The position numbers and the translations under genes were made by a program. From assembly GCA_951406725.2 (NCBI GenBank), contig OX597830.1, forward strand, positions 30,690,001 to 30,754,000: 64,000 bases of DNA, read 5' to 3'. The notes below the pieces were generated by a model that saw only the letters and a program-made list of their open reading frames with translations, ran no database searches and was not told where the DNA came from. The stretch comes from Octopus vulgaris. Taxonomy: Eukaryota. Of the stretch, positions 28,439 to 42,369 are shown one piece after another. How positions within the stretch are numbered: position 1 is the stretch's first letter; each line of letters starts with the position of its first letter.

Positions 28439-28640
28439 TTCTGTGTCTGTGTTTGTACCCCCATCATCGCTTTACAACCGATGGTGGTGTGTTTGCGTCC
28501 CCGTAATCTAGCGGTTCGGCAAAAGAGACCGATAGAATAAGTACTAGGTTTCCAAAGGATAAGTCCTGGGATCGATTTTCTCGACTAAAGGCGGTGCTCC
28601 AGCATGGCCGTAGTCAAATGACTGAAACAAGTAAAAGAGT
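28196..28640 (+). mobile_element. SINE family A, full length
   Basis: Same head, core and tail as 17452. Confidence 0.9.
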
Positions 28641-29200
28641 ATACATACATACATACATACATACATACATACATACATACATACATACATACATACATAC
28701 ATACATACCCTGTTGTTGATGTTGAAATTCCAATGAAGGAGCCTTCAATCTAGTTTAGAAACAGCTCTTTCTCTTTTGGAAAGAAATCTTGAAATGTAAT
28801 TGAACAAGGACATACATATATACCTTTTTGTGTTTGCGTATGTATAAATATTGAAACATAAGATATTTTTTTTTTTTTAAACTGGCATTCCGTTGCTTAC
28901 AACGACGGTGAGGGTTCCAGTTGATCCGATCAGCGGAACATCTTGGTTGTGGAATTAGCGCGCAAGTGGCTGAGCACTTCGCCGACCACATGTGCCCAGG
29001 AACACTTTATATTAAACTATTTTGTAATCGATTAGTATGTGAACTGATAGCCGAGTTCGTAAGAGAAGCTTATTATGAAAGATATAAACTTTCCTGAATC
29101 CATATCTTAAATAGATAAATAAATAAATAGCATTTGATATGGATTCAGAGAAGCTTGTGGCTTTTACAATTATTTATTTATATACATGTACATATATACA

Positions 29201-29264
<64 letters not shown>

Positions 29265-29382
29265 CATATGTGTGTGTATTCAAATATACGCGTGTGTGTG
29301 TGTATGTGGGGGTGTATGTGGGGGTGTATATCTGTTTATATGTAAATGTTATATCCATAGACAGACAGACAGACAGACAGAC

Positions 29383-29437
<55 letters not shown>

Positions 29438-30449
29438 GTAGTCGAATACGTAAATAGACATATGATGAATGGACAGACAGAGAGAGAGAGAGAGAGAAAG
29501 AGAGGGGGAGGAGAGAGAGGAGAGGGAGGGAGAAAGTGATAGGGGAGGAAAGAGAGAGGAGAGAGAGGGGAGATCGAGGGGTGAGAAGGGAAAGAGAGGG
29601 AGTGGAGAGAGAGAGAGAGAGATTAAAATGGGGAGTGGAGAGATTGCTAGACTGATTTATAGGAAAACAAGCCAAAACACAAACAGTCTAAGACTTTGAC
29701 CAGAAGGAAAATTTTGGTGATTAATACATTTGTTAATTAGCATGACTGGTTAGCCTGCTTTATTACTTTCTTCACTAATTAATTGGTTGCTTGGCTGATC
29801 ATTTGATGCATTGGTATATTGGTTGTCTCGGAGCTAAGACGTTTCGTAGTTTAAATAGATTAATGGAATTCTCTATCGCACTTTTTATTAATTTTATCTT
29901 TATTTTTATATACACGGTAAGTAATGTACGTAGTGTGTAGAATATTGGAGATGTGTGGGCAAGTTTATATCGAAATTAAACTGAGATTGCTTACTAAAAT
30001 GTCTAACGATAAGAAAAACCGGCAGAGGGGAATAAAATAACATCTGACACAAGTGGCGATTTCATGAACCAAAGTTCTATATGCATACATACATGCAAGC
30101 ATATATATACATAGATACATACATGCATACATGCATAGATACATACATACATACATACATGCACACATATATACATATATACATGCATGCATGCGTACTT
30201 ATATGCATGCATACATACATGCATACATACACACACAAACACATATACATATACATATACATACACACGCACATACATGCATGAGAATACATACATAAAG
30301 CAAAACATACAAATCTGCACATATACATACAAACATACACACATACACACACATACACATACATGCATACATACATACATACATACATACATACATACAT
30401 ACATACATACATACATACATACATACATACATACATACATACATGCATG

Positions 30450-30570
30450 CAAACAAACAAAGTACCCTGTTGTTGATGTTGAAATTCCAATGAAGGAGCC
30501 TTGGATCTAGGTTAGAAACCGGTTCTTTCTCTGTTGGCATGAAATCTTGAAATAAAACTGAACAATGATA
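30450..30570 (+). mobile_element. ~110-bp dispersed repeat in (TACA)n; copies also at 8255-8370 and 28707-28808
   Basis: TGTTGAAATTCCAATGAAGGA.CCTT...AG.TTAGAAAC...CTTTCTCT...AAATCTTGAAAT occurs three times. Confidence 0.8.
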
Positions 30571-30619
30571 TACATACATTCATGTGTATATGATGATTGC
30601 TTCATCTTGTCAAATGATA

Positions 30620-31190
30620 GCTGCCTCATATACAAATGATAGGTGAGACATTTGCTCGTCAGTGGGTTTAAATGACAAAAGCTTGTGCAAATTTTTTTCC
30701 ACTGTTGTAGATTCCTGTGACAATTACTGCAAGATGATTGGTACTACTTTGACTGCATATTCTATGTCAAAATATCTTTCTCCTGGAAGAGCTGCATTGT
30801 CCACGGCTGCGTCAAAAATAACTGTAGCCTTCCTAACTCCTGGGAAATCTATATAACTCATAGATGGGACAGTGCTAGGTATAGGTACTTGTTTGCAAAA
30901 GGACTTGACATAAAGTAAAACAAGGAGGAAAGTGACCTGTCTTTGCTTTAACACAGAGTAGGGGACAGTTAAAAAGAACCTTGGCCGACGTGCAGTTAGT
31001 GTTGGTAAGGACTCCCTAAACCGTCGTTGGGCCGATAGAAATCTATGCCTGTTATTTAAAACTGGGACTGAGGTGAGGAGATAGTCAAATCTCAAATGCT
31101 ACAAGAGGTTGGTGTCCTAGTATACAATTAAAATAAATACCAGTCCATCCAATAGTTCAGCAAATTGTTGTGCAAAGAACGCACATATCT
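30620..31190 (-). pseudogene. Possible decayed LTR-retrotransposon integrase fragment
   Basis: Across shifting frames: F*ITGIDFYRP (cf. F..vGIDF.GP), RFFLTV, AVDNA (cf. vtDNG), SSTNH..SNCH (cf. SSpYHPQSNG). Matched by eye only. Confidence 0.3.
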
Positions 31191-31719
31191 ACTTGAAATC
31201 GGAGAGTACAAGCCTATTTAGTTGTCTAACATCAATGACTATATAACGTTTGATAGAATCTTCTTCAGCATCCTTTCTAATTTTGTATAATAGAACGGAC
31301 CTGGGAATAATACTTTCTACTATAGGCATAAGGTTTGAAATTTTGGAGGAGGTGGGGGGGAGGCAGTCGATCAGATCGACCCCAGTATGCAACTGGTACT
31401 TAATTTATCGACTCGAAAGGGTGAAAGACAAAGTCGAATTCAGCGATATTTGAACTCAGAACGTAGCGACGAGCGAAATACCGATAAGCATTTCGTCCAG
31501 CGTGCTAACCATTCCGCCAGCTCGCCACCTTCGGACCTGGGGATAATGGGGATTAAGGAGTGATCCCACACTCTCCACAACTCCAAGAACTTCGGAATTA
31601 GAGCTCCACAACACACATACAACATACATACATGCACACATACATACATACATACATACATACATACATACATACATACATACATACATACATAAATACA
31701 TACATACATACATGCATAC

Positions 31720-31750
<31 letters not shown>

Positions 31751-31937
31751 CATACATACATACATACATACATGCATACATACATACATACATACATACA
31801 TACATACATACATACATACATACATACATACATACATACATGCATACATATATACCTTTGTGTGTCTGTGTGCGTTATTGCGTATGTATTGGGGAAAAAA
31901 CACAACAGGAAAAAGCGCCATTGATGTTTCAGTAAAT

Positions 31938-32016
31938 ACACTTCCGATGTTCGATTCCATAATGCATGATCGCTGCACTTCTATGCAATGCTTGCATCGT
32001 CTCATTAGGGAAGCAT
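31938..32016 (-). ncRNA. Degenerate hammerhead motif
   Basis: Minus strand ATGCTTCC-CTAATGA-GA...TC-GAAC-ATC-GGAAGTGT; 8-bp stem I (two G-U pairs), mutated core. Confidence 0.45.
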
Positions 32017-32232
32017 TAATATAAAGAAAGATGCTGTATTCCTTCTTTTTTCACACATTTTGCTCTGTGTGTATATTATATCCGATACTGCATCTTATGC
32101 ACGTGAATACATTTACTCAGCATTCTACGGATGTAGAATATTCGGAGCACAATATTTATATTCAACTCTAATGTGAATGGACATTTGTAAAGCATACATG
32201 CGCATGTGTGTGTGCGTGCGTGTATGTGTAAT

Positions 32233-32316
<84 letters not shown>

Positions 32317-32373
32317 TGCCCTCTGTGTGTGTGTGTGTGTGCATATATGAATATATACATATACTTGCATATA

Positions 32374-32429
<56 letters not shown>

Positions 32430-32446
32430 CACACACATACAGGTAT

Positions 32447-33435
32447 CAATGAAAATGCAACCTTCGAAATAATGACAATCAAAACACATTATTTTCCTCA
32501 ATATATTTTTCGAAAGGCATAACCCCAAACACGAAATATACAATATATAGGTACTAAAAAGTTATATAAAATATATAAATATAAACATATATATAAATAT
32601 ATAAAATACAAAATATACATAATTTAAAAGTTTAAAATAAACAATATAAACTAGATTGGTCAATAATTACTCAAATCATCCCATATAACACACACACTAG
32701 AATATGTAGATTATGCACTAAAGAATCGATAAATATACTTAGTACAAGTAGAAAAATATTATTAAATAAGATTTCGGATGCTATGGTATTTCGTAAACAT
32801 AGGTATTGTTCTACTTAAATTTCTTTTTTCATTAAAGTACAGCCAACCCATGTTAATAATCGAAACCTAAATTCCGACCTTTCATCGCCAGTGCGTTTTA
32901 AAGTAGCCGTAGATGCATAATTTTTCTGTAAGATTTGAAATATATTAAACCCTCGTTTTAGAATCTGAACAAATTTTTATCACAACTTAGAATATATGGT
33001 CCAAGTATGAAGTCTTTCGATATCATTTAAACAATCTTCTTAAAACATTTTTAAACCTTTTCCTTGATGAAGGAATGTATATACTCGAGCTGGATACAAA
33101 TAATTCACTCATTCTGAAATAAATTTCCTGAAACAGCCGTAGGATATATACGAATTCGATCTATGGACTTATGTATTCACTTTTTTAGCTACCTATTCAT
33201 CTCTGAATATTTATGATTTTGCGATGCATTAACTGTGTACACTTAACATCCGACCTTTTTGTGTTTTGGAACGGATTCAAACGATCTCATACGAGTGTAA
33301 ATTTTTAGTATCTATATATTGTATTATTAAATATTATATTGTATATTTCGTGTTAGGGGTTATGCCTTTCGAAAAATATATTGAGGAAAATTATGTATTT
33401 TCAATGTCATTATCTCGAAAGTTGCCTCTTCATTG
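32447..33435. repeat. Inverted repeat, ~100-bp arms enclosing a hammerhead
   Basis: 32447-32547 versus 33335-33435, imperfect. Confidence 0.85.
33061..33144 (+). ncRNA. Hammerhead motif with long stem II loop
   Basis: TCC-TTGATGA-AGGAA-(49 nt)-TTCCT-GAAAC-AGCC-GTA-GGA; C3 replaced by T. Confidence 0.62.
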
Positions 33436-33544
33436 CAACCTAGATTATTATATAATCTTTTAGCTCTATTTAATGAGCGCTAACTTTCGTTTTTTAGGAA
33501 ATTCATTTCCTTCTATTTTCTTCTTTTATATATACATAGATATA

Positions 33545-33864
33545 TACCTTCGCCTCGACTTACGACCGAGTTCCGTTCAGATTGACTGGTCGTAAGTCGA
33601 TCTGGTCGTATGTGGAATTTATATTTTTCAAAACTATTTTCATTCAAACGCAACTGAGGCTTGAAAGCGACTGAGTGAAAGTCAATGGCAAATAGTGGAT
33701 GCCTGGGTCTGAGAGAGGCCTGCATTGCCATAGTTATCGTACGCACAGCTGCTCGACGTCCGAAAATCGATTTTTTTAAATTTATTTATTTTATTTCTTT
33801 ATATTTTGTGGTCATAAGTGTGGATGGTCGTAAGTCGCATGCGCTGTAAGTCGAAGAGAAGGTG
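33545..33864. mobile_element. pogo/Tigger-like MITE
   Basis: TIRs TACCTTCGCCTCGACTTACG / TGTAAGTCGAAGAGAAGGTG, internal GGTCGTAAGTCG repeats, TA flanks. Confidence 0.7.
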
Positions 33865-33881
33865 TACATATATATATACAC

Positions 33882-34038
33882 AGCGTGGATGTGTGGTGAG
33901 AAGCTTACTTTCCAACCACATGGTTCCGGGGTCAGTTCCACTGAGTGGCACTTTGGGCAAGTGTCTTCTGCTATAGCCTCGGGCCGACCAAAGCCTTGTG
34001 AGAGGATTTGGTAGACGGAAACTAAAAAAGGCCGGTCG

Positions 34039-34092
<54 letters not shown>

Positions 34093-34300
34093 TGTGTCTG
34101 TGTGTGTGTCTGTGCTTGTCCCCCACCCCATCGCTTGACAACCGATGTTGGTATGTTCACGTCCCCGAAACTTAGCAGTTCGGCAAAAGAGACCGATAGA
34201 GTAAGTACTAGGCTTACAAATAATAAGTCCTGGGATCGATTTCTTCGGCTGAAGGCGGTGCTCCAGCATGGCCACAGTCAAATGACTGGAACAAGTAGTA
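33882..34300 (+). mobile_element. SINE family A
   Basis: Head, core and tail as above. Confidence 0.88.
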
Positions 34301-34339
34301 AATGAATACCGATTTAGATACATAAACAGATACACAGAC

Positions 34340-34935
34340 GGAGGAGAAGAGGAGAAAGAGAAGGTATAAATGCGGAACACAAGAAACAGGGGGGAAGAGA
34401 GAAAGGAGGAGAGAGAGGGGGAGAGAGGTAGACAGACAGAGGTAGATAGAGAGAGAGAAAGGGAGAAAAGAGGCAGACAGAGAGAGAAAGACAGAGAGAG
34501 AGGTAGACAGAAAGACAGATAAACAGGCAGAAAGAATGATCCAAAGTAAGAAAGAAAGAAAGAAAAAAGAAGGTGAGAGAAAAAAAGAAAAAAGAAAGTG
34601 AGAGAAAAAAGAAAAAAGAAAGTGAGAGAAAAAAGAAAGAAAAGAATGAAAGAAAGAAAAGAATGAAAGAAAGAAAAGAATGAAAGAAAGAAAAAAGAGA
34701 ATGAGTGAAAGGAAGAAAGGAAGAAAGAGAATGAGTGAAAGAAAGAAAATAGAAAGAAACTAAATAAGGAAGAAAGGAGGGAAGGAAGGAGGGAAGGAAG
34801 GAAGGAAGGAAGGAAGGAAGGAAAGAAGGAAGGAAGGAAGGAGAGAAGGAAGGAAGGAAGGAAGGAAGGAAGGAAGGAAGGAAGGAAGGAAGGAAGGAAG
34901 GAAGGAAGGAATGGAATGGAAGAAAGAAATGAAAG
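34340..34935 (+). repeat. Polypurine tract (GA/GAAA/GGAA)n
   Basis: Direct reading; a similar tract lies at 43830-44370. Confidence 0.95.
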
Positions 34936-35105
34936 CGGGAGCGAGTAGTTTGATGGTGCGAAAAAATTAATCAGATTTTGTGGTGGAACCTGTGACATTT
35001 CAATGTATATGAAAGAAAAGATAAGGAATTGGGTAACGGGGCCAACATCAGAAAGGTACTTTTAGAACTCTGGAGAACGCACACAGACACACACGCACAC
35101 AGACA

Positions 35106-35137
<32 letters not shown>

Positions 35138-35273
35138 TACATACACACACACACGGACAAAATCACTTTCACGAACACATTCACACAGGAGTAAGTATAT
35201 GCAAAACGTTAAGAACCTTTCAGAATTCTGTTATACCCGTACACAAACCCTCACATGCAGAGAGGATGGGGAC

Positions 35274-35306
<33 letters not shown>

Positions 35307-35506
35307 GGGGTGGGTAGACGGACGGACAGACAGGGAAACATAAACAAGCGCTGTGAACTTTACGATATTAAGACTTCACAAAGCCAGATACAAACGGGAG
35401 ACACATTCAAAATATGGAGACGATCTAAAGTCATGGAAGATAACAAGATTAGTTGCCAGACCGGAACAGAGATTGTTTAAATAGGAAAAATTACGTACAT
35501 ACGTAG

Positions 35507-35680
35507 AGGCGTGGCTGTGTATAGTATGAAACTTGCTTCCCAATCGCTGGGAAGTTTTGGGTTCAGTCTCACTGCTTGGCACCTGGGACCAAATATCTTC
35601 TACAACAGTTTCTGGCTGACCAAAGCTTTGCGGCTGAACTGAGTGGACTTGGAATATTCATATGCGTGTATGTACACACA

Positions 35681-35727
<47 letters not shown>

Positions 35728-35970
35728 GAATACACATACATAATATACATTTTTTTTTTTCTGTAGTTTCAACTCAGAGCTGCGGCCATACTGATGCACC
35801 GCCGACATTTCTACAAGCGCGTGTGTTTTGGGTTTGTGTGTGTCCCCACCACCACCCACCATTTGACTATCGGTGTTGGTTTGTTTACGCCCCCCCCCCC
35901 GTAACTTAGCGGTTCGGTAAAACGAGCCCGATAGAATATGTCAATGGTTTCAAAAGATATGTACTAGGGT
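35507..35970 (+). mobile_element. SINE family A, diverged
   Basis: GGCGTGGCTGTGT head, GTAACTTAGCGGTTCGG. Confidence 0.7.
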
Positions 35971-36246
35971 CTCCCTAGTCCTCTATTTTCTATCTTTTTT
36001 ATTTCTTTTTTATAGCCAAAGCGGTTTCAGTCAGAATGCACTTGTGAGGATGAAGATGAAGGCAGCTATGGTGTGAAATGTGGTGATGGTTGTCATTTTA
36101 GAGTTGTCATGTTGCTGCTAATGTTATTATGGTTGTGATGACGACGATGGTGGTAGTGGTGGTGGTGGTGGTGATAACGATGACAGTGTTGTTATTGTTT
36201 GTGTGTGTGTGCGTGCGAGTGAATTTGAGTATATATGTATATGTAT

Positions 36247-36305
<59 letters not shown>

Positions 36306-36472
36306 CTGTATGCGTATATATATATTTATATATATATATTAATATATAAGTATACAAGTGTGGATCAATGCATATTTATATATATATATATATATATATA
36401 CACGTATATACGTTTATCTGTGCGTGTATAGATTGATACATAGATAGATAGAAAGATAGCTAATGTACATGT

Positions 36473-36546
<74 letters not shown>

Positions 36547-36557
36547 TATATAGAAGG

Positions 36558-36608
36558 AGCTTCTACAGGACTAGTACTGTTTCATTCAAGAGAAATCTTC
36601 AGGAAGCT
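36558..36608 (-). ncRNA. Type I hammerhead ribozyme motif (inverted copy)
   Basis: Exact reverse complement of 39543-39593. Confidence 0.8.
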
Positions 36609-36983
36609 ATTTAACAAGAATTGTATTAGCATTTATACATTTAGGCAGGTTTAAAGGAGTGGTGGTGGGGGACTTTTTTGGGGGTAGGCATAGCGCAAAA
36701 TATCATACTTGGGGGAGTGGTCAAGGAGTCAGTGGTAAGTTAGATGAAAGAATAGATAAATAAAAAAATAAAATAATAAAATAAAAAAATAAAAAAATAA
36801 AAAAATAAAAAAATAAAAAAATAATAAAATAATAAAATAATAAAAAAATAAAAAATATATATAAAAAATATACATATAAAAAAATATATATATAAAAAAA
36901 GGGGGGATAGAGTTATAGGTAAATAAGGAGATTCTCACTTATACCTATACACATATGTATACGCATCTACACACATATATATA

Positions 36984-37030
<47 letters not shown>

Positions 37031-37326
37031 CACATATACATACATATCTACATACACACATACATACACCCGCCCACATATACAAATTTATACACATGCA
37101 CATGCATATACCTGTCTACACATACACACACGTATATATGCATACACTCACTCCCATGCATGCACGCATACACACATGTATATATATACACACGACCACA
37201 CATACATATATACACAGAAAAATATATATTCATACGCACATACACTCATGCACACACAACACACCTAGTTCCCTATATACACATATTTACACCTATATAT
37301 ACATACACCCACATACACATATGTAC

Positions 37327-37359
<33 letters not shown>

Positions 37360-37382
37360 ATACACACATATATATACATATA

Positions 37383-37451
<69 letters not shown>

Positions 37452-37454
37452 TGC

Positions 37455-37880
37455 GCGTGTGTGTATGTATGCATATATGTATGTATGCATGTATATGTGT
37501 ATGTATATATGTGTGTAAGTGTGTGCATATATGTATATGTAAGTATGTGTGCGTGTATGAGTATGTATGTATGCTTGCACACGTGTATATATGTGTGTGT
37601 GTGTATATATATGGATGCGCGTGCGTGTGTGCACGTGTATGGGTACGCATGTATATGTGTATGTGTGTGTATGTGTATGTATGCATATATGTACGTATGC
37701 ATGTATATGTGTATGTATATATGTGTGTAAGTGTGTGCATATATGTATATGTAAGTATGTGTGCGTGTATGAGTATGTATGTATGCTTGCACACGTGTAT
37801 ATATGTGTGTGTGTGTATATATATGGATGCACGTGCGTGTGTGCACGTGTATGGGTACGCATGTATATGTGTATGTGCGT
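37455..37880 (+). repeat. ~210-bp tandem duplication of TA/TG-rich sequence
   Basis: GTAAGTGTGTGCAT...ATGCTTGCACACGTG...GGGTACGCATG occurs twice. Confidence 0.85.
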
Positions 37881-37938
37881 GTATGCGTATACGTGTATGT
37901 ATGTATGTGTGTGCGTATATTTGTATATGTATGTGTGA

Positions 37939-37973
<35 letters not shown>

Positions 37974-38175
37974 TGGGGGTGTGTGTATGCGTATAAATGC
38001 ATGTAAGTATGGATGTATGGATGTATGTATGTATGTATACGTATGTATGTGTTTGTGTGTATATGTATGTATGTGTGTGTATGTGTGTATATATATATAT
38101 ATGTGTGTATATATGTTTGTGTATGTATATATATGTGTATGTATGTGTGTGTATATATATGTGTGTGTGTGTATG

Positions 38176-38238
<63 letters not shown>

Positions 38239-38642
38239 GTATATATATATAGGTATGTATCTGTATGTAGGAGTATATGTGTGTGTGTGTATGTATATGT
38301 GTATATATATATATATGTATATTTATTGGTGTATATGTATAGACTAGCCTCCTAAAGTGTAGACACGAATCTGTAGGTACGAGTACGTATGTGTATATAC
38401 GTGAACGTATGTAGATGTTTGTATGTATGAATATAACGCGTGCGTACGTGTATGTGTATGAGTGTACGAATGGGTGAATGTACGTGCTAATGAGTGTGCG
38501 TGCGGGAATGAGTACTTGCCTTCTAGTAGACAGACAAATGGACATGCTGCCATAGCCAGGATCCTTAGCTCTAGCGATCAAAGATAACAAAAGTAATAAA
38601 TGAAGATAATAAAATTAAAATTAGGGAATGGGCCTGTATTGG

Positions 38643-38693
<51 letters not shown>

Positions 38694-38798
38694 GTGTATG
38701 TGTAGGTATGTATAGGTACACATGTGTATGTGTGTGTGTATGTATATGTGTATATGTATGTATGTGCACACATGTATATATATGTATGCGTGTATATG

Positions 38799-38830
<32 letters not shown>

Positions 38831-39133
38831 TGTACATATGTGTATGTGGGTGTATGTATATATAGGTGTAAATATGTGTATATAGGGAACTAGGTGTGTT
38901 GTGTGTGCATGAGTGTATGTGCGTATGAATATATATTTTTCTGTGTATATATGTATGTGTGGTCGTGTGTATATATATACATGTGTGTATGCGTGCATGC
39001 ATGGGAGTGAGTGTATGCATATATACGTGTGTGTATGTGTAGACAGGTATATGCATGTGCATGTGTATAAATTTGTATATGTGGGCGGGTGTATGTATGT
39101 GTGTATGTAGATATGTATGTATATGTGTATATA

Positions 39134-39175
<42 letters not shown>

Positions 39176-39542
39176 TATATATATGTGTGTAGATGCGTAT
39201 ACATATGTGTATAGGTATAAGTGAGAATCTCCTTATTTACCTATAACTCTATCCCCCCTTTTTTTATATATATATTTTTTTATATATATATTTTTTATAT
39301 ATATTTTTTTTTTATTTTTTTATTATTTTTTTATTTTTTTATTTTTTTATTTTTTTATTTTTTTTATTTTTTTATTTTTTTATTTTTTTATTTATCTATT
39401 CTTTCATCTAACTTACCACTGACTCCTTGACCACTCCCCCAAGTATGATATTTTGCGCTATGCCTACCCCCAAAAAAGTCCCCCACCACCACTCCTTTAA
39501 ACCTGCCTAAATGTATAAATGCTAATACAATTCTTGTTAAAT

Positions 39543-39593
39543 AGCTTCCTGAAGATTTCTCTTGAATGAAACAGTACTAGTCCTGTAGAAGCT
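39543..39593 (+). ncRNA. Type I hammerhead ribozyme motif
   Basis: Stem I AGCTTC/GAAGCT; CTGAAGA; stem II TTC-TCTT-GAA (T-T at base); GAAA; stem III CAG-TACTAGTC-CTG; GUA triplet, predicted cut after 39587. Confidence 0.8.
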
Positions 39594-40907
39594 CCTTCTA
39601 TATAATAAATTAATTTTACTCTGCTATGTATTGAGTACCTTACTTACTGTGGTTAACCCCGAATCAACCCGGGACCTACATATATATATATATATATATA
39701 CCCACACATAGCGTTTATAACTCGACGCTCGTTCAAACGTGATCTCAATCGATTTATGATGATTCTTCAATGCATTTCCTCTAGCAATTGATTGATATTG
39801 CTCTAAGCTCTATAGATTGCACCGGATGCCGTACTGCACCATCCCTATCGGCATCAACGCCACCTGAAGCTCTAACACTACACAACCACTGTCGTCATCA
39901 TCATCATCATCACATGATCTTCATCATTGTAAGCTGGAAGACACCTCACTATCAGTGTCAGTAGGACCTCCATCTGTACTCTGTCACGGTCGTCATCCCA
40001 ACCGATTGCTCGGGTAACATAGTCCTCATCGTCATCATCATCATCATCGTCATCATTATCGTCATCATCATCATCGTCAATATCATCGTCGTCGTCATCA
40101 TCATCATCATCATCATTGCCATCTTCCTCATCACCAGCACTAGCAGCACAAATATTTCACGACCATCATCAGAACTGGTATCATCGCCAGCATCACCCCA
40201 ATTAAAACCAGGACACCATCATCACCACCACCACCACTCCCCATAATTAATGCCATCATCACCACCATCACAATAATACCTACTACCATCTTATATAAGC
40301 TTGACCACTATTAGCTTCAGTAGCGTGGACATACACAGAAGACTCAGGGATATGATTGTCGGTATGCTTTCACAGAATTCTTGGCATTATATAGAAGGAA
40401 ATCCGGACCAACCAGTCAATCTTCGAACTATTTTATGCGTTGATCGAGAAGATAAAAACACTCGTACAAACAACAAGATGAAGTAAATATGCTTTGGATT
40501 GGGTCTTTGCAAATACAACACGTTTGGAGAGAACTGAAGGTAAAAAGGAGACTATTATAACCATGGAAAGACTTGGCTCCATAATAATGGTTTCGAATTT
40601 TGTCACAAGGCCAGCAACTTCGGGAGAGGAGGTAAGTCGATTACATCGATCCCAATGTTCAAGTGGTACTTATTTTATAGAACTCCGAAAGGATGAAAGG
40701 CAAAGTCGACCTCGGCAGAATTTGAACACGGTGCGTAATGTAGGAAGAAATGCCGCTAAGAATTTTGTCCGGCGTGTTAACGATTCTGCCAGCTCGTCGC
40801 CTTTAAAAGACTCGTCTACAAAAAAGCAGAAAGCTGCATATACCATCTTAACCACTACCACAAACCATCATTGTAATTTGGGTCTATGATATTAAAACGT
40901 GACCTAA

Positions 40908-41330
40908 GACGGTGAGCTGGCAGAATCGTTAGCACGCTGGACGAAATGCTTAGCGGTATATCGCCCGTCGCTACGTTCTGAGTTCAAATCCCGCCGTGTT
41001 CGACTTTGCCTTTCATCATTTCGGTGTCGATGAAATAAGTACCAGCTACGCACTGGGGTCGATGAAATCGACTATCTCCCTCCCCCAAATTTCAGGCTTT
41101 GTTCCTATAATAGAAAAGACAATCGTTAGCATGCCGGACTAAATGCTTAGTGGCATTTGGTCGTCCATTTTGTCGGTATTTTGTCGTTCACCCTCTGAGA
41201 TTAAATTCTGTCGAGTCGACTTTGCTTTTCATCCTTTCGGAGTCGATAAAATAACTCTCAGTTGGATACCGGAGGTCGAAGTAGTCGATTTAATCACTTC
41301 CTCGAATTTTCTATCCTTGTACCAATAATA
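40908..41330 (+). mobile_element. Two tandem SINE family B copies
   Basis: GACGGTGAGCTGGCAGAATCGTTAGCA head; second copy from ~41120. Confidence 0.82.
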
Positions 41331-41636
41331 AAACGTGGGCCCAGAATGAAAAAATCAGAATGCACGTTGAAATTTCGAAACCGAGAAGGGTGGAAAATAT
41401 CGGTTCAATAATTCCTGTGCCCCAAAGACGGAAACGTTCCTGAGAATGATTTGTCTTGAGACGGGTGCGGACACTTCATGAAGAAGGACGAATAGAGAGT
41501 TAGTGTTTTCCCGTAGGAATTCTGGTATTTAAAGCAAATGTAGAGTTGCCTTGAATAAAACAAAAATTCCGACGGTTTGGACGCAAGTCATTTCTCCGAG
41601 AGAAAAACCATAGTTCCATGTTTTGTTTGTTACCCA

Positions 41637-41953
41637 GTAGCGTGGCTTAGTGGTTAGGACATTCGACTCAAGATCATAAGGTTGTGAGTTCAATTCTCGG
41701 CGATGCGTTCTGTCCTTGAGCAAGAGACTTTATTTCACGTTGCTCAAGTCCACTTAGCTGGCAGAAATGAGTAGCAACTGTATTTCAAGGGACCTGCCTT
41801 GTCACATTCTGTGTCACGCTGAATCTCCCTGAAATACATTAAGGGTACGCGTGTCTGTGGAGTGCTCAGCCACTTGCACGTTAATTTCACGAGCAGGCTG
41901 TTCCGTTGATCGGATCAACTGGAACCCTCGTCGTCGTAACAGGCGGAGGCCAG
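41637..41953 (+). mobile_element. tRNA-derived SINE family D (related: 3370-3695 +, 24395-24578 -, 28882-29000 -)
   Basis: TGGCTTAGTGGTTAG...GAGTTCAATTC boxes; CCTTGAGCAAGA.ACTTTATTTCACGTTGCTC central domain. Confidence 0.82.
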
Positions 41954-42324
41954 ACATTGTGATTATGAACATCGAAAGAAGTTGGAAACGTTGTTTCTAT
42001 AAAAGTAAGTTGTCGTTTTTGTTATTTTTGTTATTGTTTTGTATGTTGTATATCATTTTGTAGTTGAACCCCAATTCATCCCTGACCCAACAGACCTATA
42101 TTCCGAAGCATTCTTACCGTGACCGTCCTGTCTTTTCTATGTTCAGGGAACAATTGACATTATCCAGGAAGCTTTTCTTTGAGGTGAAATGTGATATGAG
42201 GAGTATTTAGATGCTACTTCTGGTTGGTCAACCGGCGAATTTGGATAGAAGGCTGAAATACTGGACATGCGCAAACTAAACAGTAAGCAGTAACAGTGCT
42301 AGAATGATGTGTATGTGTGTGTGT

Positions 42325-42369
<45 letters not shown>

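Larger units (their letters stand above)
36541..39610. repeat. Long inverted repeat (~820-bp arms, ~1.4-kb spacer), PLE-like foldback
   Basis: 36541-~37360 is the reverse complement of ~38790-39610, differing mainly in microsatellite lengths. Confidence 0.95.

Noticed and set aside
33799-34998. 399-aa ORF
   Set aside because: Polypyrimidine tract plus an antisense SINE; stop-free because of composition.
37265-38590. 441-aa ORF
   Set aside because: Translation of TA/CA microsatellite (Y/I/H/T runs); no domain.
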